From Gaiellales bacterium (lineage in GTDB: Bacteria > Actinomycetota > Thermoleophilia > Gaiellales > Gaiellaceae), in contig JBBQQU010000004.1 in NCBI GenBank assembly GCA_038215565.1, positions 121,478 through 185,477 on the forward strand: 64,000 nucleotides of DNA, in the 5' to 3' direction. The notes under the pieces were generated by a model that worked only from the letters and a program-made list of their open reading frames with translations, was not told the DNA's origin and did no database searches. Every line of letters starts with the position of its first letter. The stretch's first letter is position 1. The translations under genes and the position numbers were made by a program. Below are positions 30,432 through 39,207 of this stretch, piece after piece.

Positions 30432-31484
30432 TCAGCCGAGCTTCCAGAGCTTTGCTCCGTCGGGCGAATACCCGAGAGCGAGTGCACGCACTGCGGTCCG
30501 CGACGTGATCTTCCGCGCGCCGAGATCGAGGATCGCGACCGTCTCACCGTCGGCGAGCGCGATTCGGTTGCCGTCCGGCGCGAGCGCCGAGCTCGTCCCC
30601 TGACCGAGAAACCAACCGACGAGGCCGATCCGGAACGCGGTCTTCACGGTGCGCGCCGCGACGTCGATCGCGACAACCCTGCCGTACCGCGGGCTCACCG
30701 CCCAGAGCGTCTTGCCGTCGGCGGAGAGTTGCAGCGTCCAGGTCGTCGCGGCGCCATAGTCGCCCGTCCCGGGGAGGTCGATGCAGCGCGCCGTGCTCGA
30801 TTTCAAGTCGAGCTCGTGGATCATCGCCCCGCCGTTCGAGCCGATGAAAACGGTGAAGAGGAATTGGCCGTTCGCAGATGCGAGGCGTGAGAATGGCTGG
30901 CCCCAGATCGTGCCGGACTCATGCGGGTCTTTCAGCGGCTGTGCCTCGAGCACGCCGGATGCAAGATGCGCGAGCCTGACCTGATAGCCGCCCGTCACGA
31001 GATAGTGGATGAGGAAGAGGTTGTCGCCGCGGAGGGCGTCGAAGTCCCACTGCTTCCCGTCGACGTGAACCGTCTGCCGGCCGGCCGGCGACACCACGAT
31101 GAACGTTGCACCGCCGTTGTCAACCTGCTGAAGCACAGCGCGTGTCCCGTCCTGGGACGCGCCGTCCAATCTGTACCCCGCCGGGACCGCGACGCTTTGC
31201 ACCTTCGTGCCGAGCGTGAGGTCGTACCACTCCACCACCTGACCCTCGAGATGTACCAGGTAGTTGCGCGCGTTCACACCCGCGGGCAGCGCGAACTTCG
31301 CCTTACCGGTCGTCAGGTCGACGACGGTGACAGGCCGGTCCGCCGCTGTCCGGAACCCCATCAGCGTTCCGTGGGCGAGCGTGAACTGGCTGGGCGCGCA
31401 GTTGAGCGGCGAGCAGGCGGCGGCCCGGCCCGCTGCGGGCAGCAGGAGGGCGGCGGCGGCGAGGACGAGCGCGAGTCTCTTCAT
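30432..31484 (-). CDS. secreted beta-propeller-like hypothetical protein
   Basis: Start re-set to MKRLALVLAAAALLLPAAGRAAA (signal peptide). Repeated strand-rich blocks and SxDG motifs (LSADGKTLW, APDGNRIA, YSPDGAKLW) suggest WD40/TolB-like blades. Divergent from the ECF sigma gene. Confidence 0.6.
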   Translation of the reverse strand: MKRLALVLAAAALLLPAAGRAAACSPLNCAPSQFTLAHGTLMGFRTAADRPVTVVDLTTGKAKFALPAGVNARNYLVHLEGQVVEWYDLTLGTKVQSVAVPAGYRLDGASQDGTRAVLQQVDNGGATFIVVSPAGRQTVHVDGKQWDFDALRGDNLFLIHYLVTGGYQVRLAHLASGVLEAQPLKDPHESGTIWGQPFSRLASANGQFLFTVFIGSNGGAMIHELDLKSSTARCIDLPGTGDYGAATTWTLQLSADGKTLWAVSPRYGRVVAIDVAARTVKTAFRIGLVGWFLGQGTSSALAPDGNRIALADGETVAILDLGARKITSRTAVRALALGYSPDGAKLWKLG

Positions 31485-31565
31485 GCCTGGACTACGCGAG
31501 CGGGACCCGGAGAGGTCCCGGGCGCGTATGGACCTCATGCGCCTTCTTCGTCGTACAGTCAAAGG

Positions 31566-32063
31566 GTGTCAGAGCGCGCGTGGATCCGCGGAGCCCAGCG
31601 CGGGTCGGTCGCCGACCTCGAGCGCCTGTTTCGCGAGCACTGGCCGCGGGCCTATCGCGCAGCCCACCTCGTCACGGGTGACGCTGCTGCCGCCGAGGAC
31701 ATCGCGCAAGAGGCGTTCCTCGCCGCCATGCGACATCTCGACCGCTTCGACCGCCGCAAGCCGTTCGCACCGTGGCTGCATCGGATCGTCGTCAACCGCG
31801 CGATCGACTGGACGCGCGCGCGGAAGCTTCGCGCCGAGGTCGAGCTCGGCGACTCGGTCGCAGGACAGCCCGCAGCCGACCAAGACGGCTCCACGCTCAG
31901 CCGGATCGGCGAGCTCGCGCCTGAGCACCGCGCAGTCGTCGTCCTCCGCTACGTGCTCGAGTACACGCCCGGCGAGATCGCGGAGCTGCTCGACCTGCCG
32001 CGCGGAACCGTCAACTCACGCCTTCGCCGCGGCCTCGACCGGATGAGAGAGGACGCCGAATGA
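31566..32063 (+). CDS. ECF-type RNA polymerase sigma factor (sigma-70 family)
   Basis: GTG start at 31566. Region 2 is EDIAQEAFLAAMRHLDRFDRRKPFAPWLHRIVVNRAID. Region 4 is VVLRYVLEYTPGEIAELLDLPRGTVNSRLRRG. It is the tail of the spurious ORF 30921-32063. Confidence 0.88.
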   Translation: MSERAWIRGAQRGSVADLERLFREHWPRAYRAAHLVTGDAAAAEDIAQEAFLAAMRHLDRFDRRKPFAPWLHRIVVNRAIDWTRARKLRAEVELGDSVAGQPAADQDGSTLSRIGELAPEHRAVVVLRYVLEYTPGEIAELLDLPRGTVNSRLRRGLDRMREDAE

Positions 32064-33175
32064 GGGCGGCCGAGGAGCGCGCGTGGGAGGTCGTGAGACG
32101 TGCCTACGAGGAGCGGACGCCCGAGGTGCACGCGCGGCGGTCACGCTCGCGAATCGTCGTTGCGGTCGCAGTCGCGGTCGTCGGCGCGGTCGTCGCCGCG
32201 GTGCTTTCTCCGCCCGGGCGCGCTGTCTTCCATCGCTTCCGCGAAGCCGTCGGGATTCAGCGGGCCGCGCCGGCGCTCTTCTCGCTGCCGGCCAAGGGAC
32301 GGCTGCTCGTCGTCTCGCAGCGGCGCGGCGGCGTATGGATCGTCCACGACAACGGCTTGAAGCGCCGCCTTGGCTCCTTCGACGACGCCGAGTGGTCGCC
32401 GCACGGCCGCTTTCTCGTGGCGACGAGGCGGAATGAGCTCATCGCGCTCGACGAGAGCGGCTACGTCCACTGGTCCCTGACGCGACGGGGTGTGCGTGCG
32501 CCACGGTGGGAGGGCACGACGACCGACACACGGATCGCGTATCTCTCGGCGAGCGGTCTGCGCGTCGTCGCCGGCGACGGGACCGGCGATCGTCTGCTCG
32601 ATCGCAACGCGACGAGCGTGCCGCCTGCGTGGAATCCCGCGCGGCTTCACACACTCGCATACGTCGCCCGAGGCACCGTCGTCCTGCAGGCACTCGACAA
32701 GGGCACGCTCGACTGGCGTACGCCGATCGATCTGCACCCGTCCGATCTCGAGTGGTCTTCAGACGGAAAGCTGCTCGCCGTCGTGTCGCCGGGGCGCATC
32801 GTGATCCTCGATGCAGCGGGCTCGGTTCGGCGCACCGTGTCGATGCTCGGGGCGCAACTCATCGAAGCGTCGTTCGCGCCAGGCTCGCATAAGCTCGCGA
32901 TCGTCGAAAGGCGCGCGGCCCGCAGTGAGGTGCGCGTCGTCGACGTCGACCATCCGGGCCAGGCGCGGCTCCTCTTCGCAGGTCCCGGGGTCTTCGGCGA
33001 TCTCGCCTGGTCACCGAATGCGAAATGGCTCCTCGTCGCATGGCCGACCGCTGACCAGTGGCTGTTCCTCCGCGGCAGCAACGTGCATGCCGTCGCGAAC
33101 ATCAAGGCGCAGTTCCCGCGCGCCGACGGCAAAGGTGCGACGCTGCACCTCGCGGGCCGCTGGTGCTGCCGTTAG
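32060..33175 (+). CDS. membrane-anchored beta-propeller protein, candidate anti-sigma/sensor partner
   Basis: ATGA overlap with the sigma gene. Short cytoplasmic N-terminus, then one TM segment (IVVAVAVAVVGAVVAAVL), then propeller-like repeats (WSPHGRFL, WSSDGKLLAV, WSPNAKWLL). No zinc-finger anti-sigma motif is present. Confidence 0.65.
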   Translation: MRAAEERAWEVVRRAYEERTPEVHARRSRSRIVVAVAVAVVGAVVAAVLSPPGRAVFHRFREAVGIQRAAPALFSLPAKGRLLVVSQRRGGVWIVHDNGLKRRLGSFDDAEWSPHGRFLVATRRNELIALDESGYVHWSLTRRGVRAPRWEGTTTDTRIAYLSASGLRVVAGDGTGDRLLDRNATSVPPAWNPARLHTLAYVARGTVVLQALDKGTLDWRTPIDLHPSDLEWSSDGKLLAVVSPGRIVILDAAGSVRRTVSMLGAQLIEASFAPGSHKLAIVERRAARSEVRVVDVDHPGQARLLFAGPGVFGDLAWSPNAKWLLVAWPTADQWLFLRGSNVHAVANIKAQFPRADGKGATLHLAGRWCCR

Positions 33176-33184
33176 GCTCGCGGC

Positions 33185-33664
33185 ATGCTGTCGGTGGGTG
33201 ACCGCGTCCCGGACGTAACGATCTTCCTCGGCCCGAACGAGCCGATGACGATGCTGGAGTTGCTCGAGGACGGGCCGAAGCTCCTCGTCTTCTATCTCTT
33301 CGACTGGTCGTCCACCTGAACGAATGAGATGGAGCTCCTGCGTGACAGGAGAGCGGACTTCAAGGCGGCAGGCGTGCCGCCGATCGGCATCTCACGTGAC
33401 TCGCCCTGGACTCACATCGCCTGGACTCAGGCGCTTGACCTCAACTTCGGCCTGCTCTCCGACTGGAACGGCGAGGCCATCCACGCCTTCGGGATCACCC
33501 AGGAATTTCGCGGCCTGAAGGACGTCGCAGAACGAAGTGCGTTCCTGATCGACGCGGACGGGATCGTGCACGGAGCCTGGCACTACGGCACGAGCGAGCT
33601 GCCCGACATGGACGAGCTGCTCGAGGCGTGCCGGATTTTGAGTTCGTCTGCCCGGTCTGCGTAA
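33185..33664 (+). CDS. peroxiredoxin-like (AhpC/TSA-Bcp family) protein with in-frame TGA (codon 45, 33317-33319) at the peroxidatic Cys position; candidate selenoprotein
   Basis: Read through the TGA, the translation is MLSVGDRVPDVTIFLGPNEPMTMLELLEDGPKLLVFYLFDWSST-U-TNEMELLRDRRADFKAAGVPPIGISRDSPWTHIAWT...ERSAFLIDADGIVH. D-W-S-S-T-U-T-N-E aligns position by position with the Prx motif D-F-T-F-V-C-P-T-E. The ORF track sees only the 111-aa C-terminal piece (33329-33664). Confidence 0.6.
33335..33351 (+). other. candidate bacterial SECIS hairpin
   Basis: Stem CTCCTG (33335-40) pairs with CAGGAG (33346-51). The loop CGUGA contains GU. The loop G/U lie about 26-27 nt from the U of the UGA, within the usual bacterial SECIS window. 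Confidence 0.4.
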
Positions 33665-33673
33665 AGTTGGCAG

Positions 33674-34261
33674 ATGGACTCAGCAACCACCGCGGCGCCG
33701 GCCGAGGAACGCACCTCCGGCGCACTCACAATCGGTCTGCTCGCGATCGTCCTCGTCGTCGCGGCAATCTTCGCCTTCTCCTCATCCGCACTCGTGCCGA
33801 ATCATTGGTACGCCGTCTTCAAGTTCGTGCACGTCACCTTCGCCGTCATCTGGATCGGCGGTGGTGCCCTTCTGACGATCCTCGCCCTCGTCGCACAGCG
33901 GAAGTCCGACCCGATGGAGGTTGTGCTCGTCGCACGCCAGGCGGCCCTCGTCGGCGAAAAACTCTTCGCGCCGGCAGGGCTCATCGTCTTCTTGATGGGC
34001 GTCGCGATGATGATCAACTTCAACTGGGGCTGGGGCACGTTCTGGATCGACGCCGGCCTCGTGGGTTATGCGATCACCTTCGTCACGGGGATCGCCGTCC
34101 TCGCGCCGCTGGCGAAGAAGATCGAAGCCTCGGCGGAGGGACACGGCCCGACCGACCCGAGGACGATGGCGCTGATCAACCGCATCCTGCTGGTCGCGCG
34201 GGTCGACGTCGCGATGCTCTTCCTCGTGATCGCCGACATGGTCACGAAGCCGTTCAGCTAA
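33674..34261 (+). CDS. DUF2269-like integral membrane protein
   Basis: 195 aa with four hydrophobic segments. FKFVHVTFAVIWIGG is a typical N-terminal helix. It begins 9 nt after the peroxiredoxin-like gene. Confidence 0.65.
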   Translation: MDSATTAAPAEERTSGALTIGLLAIVLVVAAIFAFSSSALVPNHWYAVFKFVHVTFAVIWIGGGALLTILALVAQRKSDPMEVVLVARQAALVGEKLFAPAGLIVFLMGVAMMINFNWGWGTFWIDAGLVGYAITFVTGIAVLAPLAKKIEASAEGHGPTDPRTMALINRILLVARVDVAMLFLVIADMVTKPFS

Positions 34262-34288
34262 GCCTCTAGACGTCAGCGAGTTTTGTGG

Positions 34289-34308
34289 TCGGGGCCGCAA
34301 GGCCCCGA
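34289..34308. terminator. GNRA-capped hairpin between convergent genes (DUF2269 / fabI)
   Basis: TCGGGGCC-GCAA-GGCCCCGA is a perfect 8-bp stem. A T-run lies 5' on the + strand. There is no clear U-tract for either strand. Confidence 0.45.
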
Positions 34309-35079
34309 TCACATACCCATCGCGTGATACCCGCTGTCGACGTAGAGCGTCGTCCCGGTGACGTTGCGCGCGCCGTCACCGAGCAGATACGCGGCGGCGG
34401 AGGCGACGTCTTCCGCGTCGACATGGCGGTGCAGTGGAGAGCGCTCCTCGACGATCGACTCCATCGTCGGGAAGCCTGCGATCGAGCGAGCAGCAAGCGT
34501 CCGCACCGGGCCGGCCGAGATCGCGTTCACGCGGATGTTCTTCGCGCCGAGATCCCACGCCAGGTATTTGACCGACGAATCGAGCGTCGCCTTCGCGACG
34601 CCCATCACGTTGTAGTGCGGCACCGCTCGTTCTCCACCGAGATACGTCATCGTGAGGACCGAGCCACCGCCTGCAGCCTCGAGCAGCGGCTCGGCGGCGC
34701 GCGTCGTCGCGACGAGCGAGTACGCGCTCACGTCGATCGCCATCCAGAACCGGTCGCGGGGCGTGTCGGTGAAGCGGCCCTCGAGATCCTCGGCCGCGGC
34801 GAACGCCACCGAGTGGACGAGGATGTCGAGCTTGCCGCCGAACGCGTCCCCTACCTCGGAAAACACGCGGTCGATCGCCGCATCGTCACGGACGTCGAGC
34901 TCGGTGACGAGCTTCGCCCCGACCGAGTCGGCGAGGTCGCGAACGTTCTTCTCGATCCGCTCGCCCTGGAAGGTGAACGCAAGCTCGGCGCCACCGTCTG
35001 CGAGACGCTTCGCGATCGCCCACGCGATCGACCGCTTGTTGGCGACACCGAGGATGAGAGCTTGTTTTCCGGCGAACAT
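34309..35079 (-). CDS. fabI: enoyl-[acyl-carrier-protein] reductase (NADH) FabI
   Basis: Start re-set to MFAGKQALILGVANKRSIAWAIAK. Motifs YNVMGVAKA (Y-x6-K) and INAISAGP. The ORF-track start at 35382 adds 101 non-homologous residues. Confidence 0.93.
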   Translation of the reverse strand: MFAGKQALILGVANKRSIAWAIAKRLADGGAELAFTFQGERIEKNVRDLADSVGAKLVTELDVRDDAAIDRVFSEVGDAFGGKLDILVHSVAFAAAEDLEGRFTDTPRDRFWMAIDVSAYSLVATTRAAEPLLEAAGGGSVLTMTYLGGERAVPHYNVMGVAKATLDSSVKYLAWDLGAKNIRVNAISAGPVRTLAARSIAGFPTMESIVEERSPLHRHVDAEDVASAAAYLLGDGARNVTGTTLYVDSGYHAMGM

Positions 35080-35119
35080 TGACCGCGACTCTAACGTCCG
35101 TCGGGTACTGTGCGGCACC

Positions 35120-38100
35120 TTGCGTCGCGGTCTGCTGCTCTCGGGGGTTTTTGCACTACTCGCGGCGTCTGCTGCCTCGGCCGCGCTGCAACCGATCCGC
35201 CGAGATGGCCGGGAGACTTCCCTGCCGCGGGTCCGCGCGGGTGTTCTGACCGTGCCGAACGCACGCCGGCATGGTCTGACGCGTGTGATCGTGCGGCTCT
35301 CAGCGCCCCCACTCGCCGCCTGGAGCGGCAACCGGTCACTCTCGTCGACATCGCGGGCGCACCACCTGGACATCGGTAGCACCGCGTCGCGGGCCTACCT
35401 CGCGAAACTCGCGCGCCTTCAGGACGCCGGCGTCGCGCAAGTTCGGGCGGCCATTCCGCAGGCCCGGTTCCAGGAACGGTTCTCGATCCTCCTCGACGGC
35501 ATCACCGTGCAACTGCCGGCAAGGGCGCTTCCGAAGTTGCTCTCACTGAGCTCGGTGAACAAGATCTATCCGAGCCTCACGTACCTGCGCACAATGGACC
35601 GCGGGCCATCCGTGATCCACGCGACCGACCTGCAGGCGGCGAGTGGCGATAAGGGCCAGGGGATCAAGATCGGCGTCGTCGACACGGGGGTCGACTCGTC
35701 GAACCCGTTCCTCAACCCGACCGGCTTCACGTACCCCGTGGGCTTCCCGAAAGGGAACACGAAGCTGACAACCGCGAAAGTGATCGTCGCCAAGGTGTTC
35801 CCAGGCCCGGTGCGCGACGCGTCAAGCACGAAGGCGTTCGACCCGACCGAGCCGCACGGCACGCACGTCTCCGGGATCGCAGCTGGCGACGAGGGCACAA
35901 CCGCGCCCGCCGGGGTCGATCATCCGGCGACGTCGAACCTCTCGGGCGTCGCACCCAAAGCATGGATCGGCAACTACCGGGTCTTCACGATCCCGACCCC
36001 GCTTGGCCATGAGGCCGACACCCCGGAGATCGTCAAGGCGTTCGAGGCTGCGGTCACTGACGGCATGAACGTCATCAACTTCTCCGGCGGCGGTCCTGCC
36101 ACCGACCCGGCGAACGACGCGATGAATGAGACGGTGCACAACACGGCGCTCGCCGGCGTCGTTCCCGTCATTGCTGCGGGCAACGACCGCGAGGACTTCG
36201 GCCTCGGCACCGCGGGCTCACCGGGCACCGCACCCGATGCGATCGCGGTCGCCGCGGTCTCGAACTCGCATGTCTTCGCCCCTGCGCTCAGCGTCGTCGG
36301 CGGCCCGCCGTCGCTCGGTGCGATGCCGATCCAGGCCGCTGCCGGGCTGAAGCTTCCAGCCGGCTGGTCGACGCTCGACCAGACCGTGGTCGACGTCACA
36401 TCCGTCGTCGGGACCGACGGGAAGCCGGTCGAAGCGCACCTTTGCGGGCCTGCGACCGATCCGAACTCTGGCCTCGGCACCCTGCCCAAGACGTCATTGA
36501 GCGGCAAGATCGTCGTCGTCTCGCGCGGGCTCTGCTCGTTCGTCTCGAAGGCGGAGCGCGCATCGCTCGGCGGCGCGATCGGGATCATTCTCGTCGACAA
36601 CCGCTTCGGCGAGGCGAACGAGATCCCGGTTCGGCTGCCGATCCCCGCGGGAATGATCTCCGACCTCGACGGGCAGCAGTTGCGCGCGTTCCTTGCCGCG
36701 AACGGGGGCCGTGCGTCGATCCGGGTCACCTCCGACATCCAGGAGATCCAGACGAACCGAAGCGGCGTGATCACGAGCTTCTCGTCCGCCGGCCCGACCG
36801 ACTTCGGCCACGACCTGAAGCCCGACATCTCTGCCCCCGGCCTCGACGTCCTCTCATCCACGTCCGGGTCCACGTTCTCGGTCTACGCCGGCACGTCGAT
36901 GGCGACACCGCACGTCGCGGGCGCCGCGGCCCTGCTCCTGCAGCAACATCCCGGCTGGTCGTCCTGGCAGGTCAAGTCGGCGCTGATGTCGACCGCCGGC
37001 CCCGCGTGGGGCGACAGCGCACGCACCCAGGAGGCGCCGGTGTACCTCGAAGGCGCCGGCCTCGCCAATGTGCTCGCCGCAAACGACCCGAAGGTCTTCA
37101 CCGATCCACAATCGATGTCGTTCGAGAAGATCGACGTGTCGAACGGCGCGCAGCGGAAGTCGATGCTCGTGACGCTTACCGATGCGGGGAACGGCGCAGG
37201 CACCTACACCGTCGCCCTGACGCCGCAGGCGCAGAGCGCCGGGGTCACGATCGACGTGCCGAGCCCCGTCGTCGTCTCGCCGGGCGGCGATGTCGCCGTG
37301 CCGGTCGTGATCCGTGCTGCCGCGGGCGCGGTGCCCGGGGAGAACTACGGCTTCGTCGTCGTCAGCGGCAACGGCGTTCAGCGGCGTGTCCCCTACTCGT
37401 TCCTGATCGAGCGCCCCGCGTTGCGGGCGCTGACGGCCGTTCCGCTGAAGAAGCTCCAGACCGGAGACACCGCGGCCGGCACGAGTCTCGTGACCACCTA
37501 TTGCTGCCCATCCGAGCCGTTCGGGCCGCCGCCGAACTACTCCGGCGCGCCGATGAACGAGGACGGCTCCGAGCATCTCTACTACAAGGACATCAACGAG
37601 CCGGTCGTGAACTTTGGTGTCTCGCTGCTCGCCCAGACGCCCGGGGCACTGATCGATCCGTTCGTGCTCGGCTCACAGGACGAGAACGACGTGCAGGGCT
37701 ACGCGGGCACACCGACCGACGTGAACGCGCTGACGTATGACGCGAACCTCGACATCGGCGCCGCCGGTGCGCAGTTCCCGCGACTTCAGCGGTTCTTCGT
37801 CTCCGTCGATTCCCGAACCGACCCCTTCACCGACAAGCCGATGAAGGGCAAGTACCTGCTCAACTCGTGGGTCAACGACCTGACGCCTCCGTTCGTGCGC
37901 ATGCTGACGACGCGCGTCTCGGCGGGACGTCCGCTGCTCGTCGGTCAAGCCGTCGACCTGGGTTCCGGCGTCGACCCGCTCTCGCTCGTCATCGCCTACA
38001 ACAAGGCACTCGTCGGCGCGTCGGCTTACGACCCAAGCACCGGGCTGATCGTCTTCGGCATCCCGAACGCCGCGCCGAAGTTCAAGCCCGGCAAGGCAGC

Positions 38101-38488
38101 CGCGATCGTCTCCGCCTCGGACTTTCAGGAGGCGAAGAACATCAACACGGTCGGGAACGACCTTTTCCCGAACACGGCCTTCCTGCGCTCGAAGATCACG
38201 GTGGTGAACGGCCCGACCGTCACCTGGATCGAGCCACCGGCCCATGTCTGCGCGCTGAAGAATGATCGGCTCGTCGTTGTCGGCGGCTCGAACAGGCGGG
38301 TGAAGGAAGTGACGTTCCGTGACAACGGCAAGCGCATCGGCGCCGACAAGGGCGGCGGCGACGGCCTGTATACGATCGCATGGAAGACCGGCAAGCTGAA
38401 AAAGGGCGTCCACCACCTGACGGCGACGCTGCGCGACTCGGCGGGACATCGCGTCGCCGCCGGGCGCAAGTTCCGGGTCTGCAAGTAG
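35120..38488 (+). CDS. large secreted subtilisin-like serine protease (S8 family) with inhibitor-I9-like prodomain, PA-domain insertion and C-terminal Ig-like region
   Basis: Catalytic triad contexts VVDTGVD, HGTHVSG and GTSMATPHVAG. The start is set to TTG 35120, giving the signal peptide MRRGLLLSGVFALLAASAASAA. The ORF track extends to 34652, antisense to fabI. Confidence 0.85.
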   Translation: MRRGLLLSGVFALLAASAASAALQPIRRDGRETSLPRVRAGVLTVPNARRHGLTRVIVRLSAPPLAAWSGNRSLSSTSRAHHLDIGSTASRAYLAKLARLQDAGVAQVRAAIPQARFQERFSILLDGITVQLPARALPKLLSLSSVNKIYPSLTYLRTMDRGPSVIHATDLQAASGDKGQGIKIGVVDTGVDSSNPFLNPTGFTYPVGFPKGNTKLTTAKVIVAKVFPGPVRDASSTKAFDPTEPHGTHVSGIAAGDEGTTAPAGVDHPATSNLSGVAPKAWIGNYRVFTIPTPLGHEADTPEIVKAFEAAVTDGMNVINFSGGGPATDPANDAMNETVHNTALAGVVPVIAAGNDREDFGLGTAGSPGTAPDAIAVAAVSNSHVFAPALSVVGGPPSLGAMPIQAAAGLKLPAGWSTLDQTVVDVTSVVGTDGKPVEAHLCGPATDPNSGLGTLPKTSLSGKIVVVSRGLCSFVSKAERASLGGAIGIILVDNRFGEANEIPVRLPIPAGMISDLDGQQLRAFLAANGGRASIRVTSDIQEIQTNRSGVITSFSSAGPTDFGHDLKPDISAPGLDVLSSTSGSTFSVYAGTSMATPHVAGAAALLLQQHPGWSSWQVKSALMSTAGPAWGDSARTQEAPVYLEGAGLANVLAANDPKVFTDPQSMSFEKIDVSNGAQRKSMLVTLTDAGNGAGTYTVALTPQAQSAGVTIDVPSPVVVSPGGDVAVPVVIRAAAGAVPGENYGFVVVSGNGVQRRVPYSFLIERPALRALTAVPLKKLQTGDTAAGTSLVTTYCCPSEPFGPPPNYSGAPMNEDGSEHLYYKDINEPVVNFGVSLLAQTPGALIDPFVLGSQDENDVQGYAGTPTDVNALTYDANLDIGAAGAQFPRLQRFFVSVDSRTDPFTDKPMKGKYLLNSWVNDLTPPFVRMLTTRVSAGRPLLVGQAVDLGSGVDPLSLVIAYNKALVGASAYDPSTGLIVFGIPNAAPKFKPGKAAAIVSASDFQEAKNINTVGNDLFPNTAFLRSKITVVNGPTVTWIEPPAHVCALKNDRLVVVGGSNRRVKEVTFRDNGKRIGADKGGGDGLYTIAWKTGKLKKGVHHLTATLRDSAGHRVAAGRKFRVCK

Positions 38489-39189
38489 CCCTGAAGACGG
38501 CGGTCGTCACCGGCGCATCGTCCGGCATCGGCGCCGAGCTCATCAGCACGCTGAGGGCGCGCGGGTGGCACACGATCGGGCTTTCGCGCACCGCGTCTCA
38601 GGCGGACGAGCACGAGGAGTGCGACGTCGCGGACCGCGCCGCGGTCGACGCGGCAGCGGAGCGCGTGCTCGAACGGCATCCGAGCATCGACCTGCTCGTC
38701 TGTAACGCAGGCATGCCCGCGCTCGGGAACTTCCTGACGGCGGCACCCGATCGCATCGAGCAGGTCATCCGGGTCAACTACCTCGGCTCGGTCTGGACAA
38801 CACTCGCGTTCCTCCCCGGGCTCGGGAAGGGCTCGCACGTCGTGAACATCGTCTCGGTCGCGGGGACGGTCGCCTACGGCCCCTACGCGGCGTCGAAGCA
38901 CGCCCAGCTCGCCTTCTCACGGTCGCTGGCTGTCGAGCTCGCGCCACGCGGCATCTCGGTGCAGACGGTCAACCCCGGCTTCGTCGAGACACCGGGCTTC
39001 CCGCAGGGAAACCGCTTCGGACCGATCTTCAGCCGCTTCGTCATCGAGCCGCAGCTCGTCGTCGACCGACTGCTCGACGCAGTCGAGAAGGACAAGCGCG
39101 AGATCTTCGTCCCGCGCTGGTACCGGCCCGCCGCCTGGATACAGGCGCTCGCGCCGGGCACGGTCGCCCGCCTCCGCGGGCGGAAGTGA
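38380..39189 (+). CDS. SDR family oxidoreductase (start codon unresolved)
   Basis: Motifs TGASSGIG, NAG and YAASKHA. The only canonical in-frame start (ATG 38380) overlaps the S8 gene by 109 nt. The homologous N-terminus LKTAVVTGASSGIG begins at CTG 38491, 3 nt after the S8 stop. Confidence 0.75.
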   Translation: MEDRQAEKGRPPPDGDAARLGGTSRRRRAQVPGLQVALKTAVVTGASSGIGAELISTLRARGWHTIGLSRTASQADEHEECDVADRAAVDAAAERVLERHPSIDLLVCNAGMPALGNFLTAAPDRIEQVIRVNYLGSVWTTLAFLPGLGKGSHVVNIVSVAGTVAYGPYAASKHAQLAFSRSLAVELAPRGISVQTVNPGFVETPGFPQGNRFGPIFSRFVIEPQLVVDRLLDAVEKDKREIFVPRWYRPAAWIQALAPGTVARLRGRK

Positions 39190-39207
39190 GCGCGCTCGGC
39201 CGGCGCC

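Noticed and set aside
33185-33664. Interpreting the TGA-interrupted peroxiredoxin simply as a pseudogene
   Set aside because: Not fully excluded, but judged less likely. The stop sits precisely on the catalytic Cys column. Both halves keep the coding GC3 bias and conserved motifs. A hairpin sits at SECIS distance, and the gene is embedded in an intact operon.
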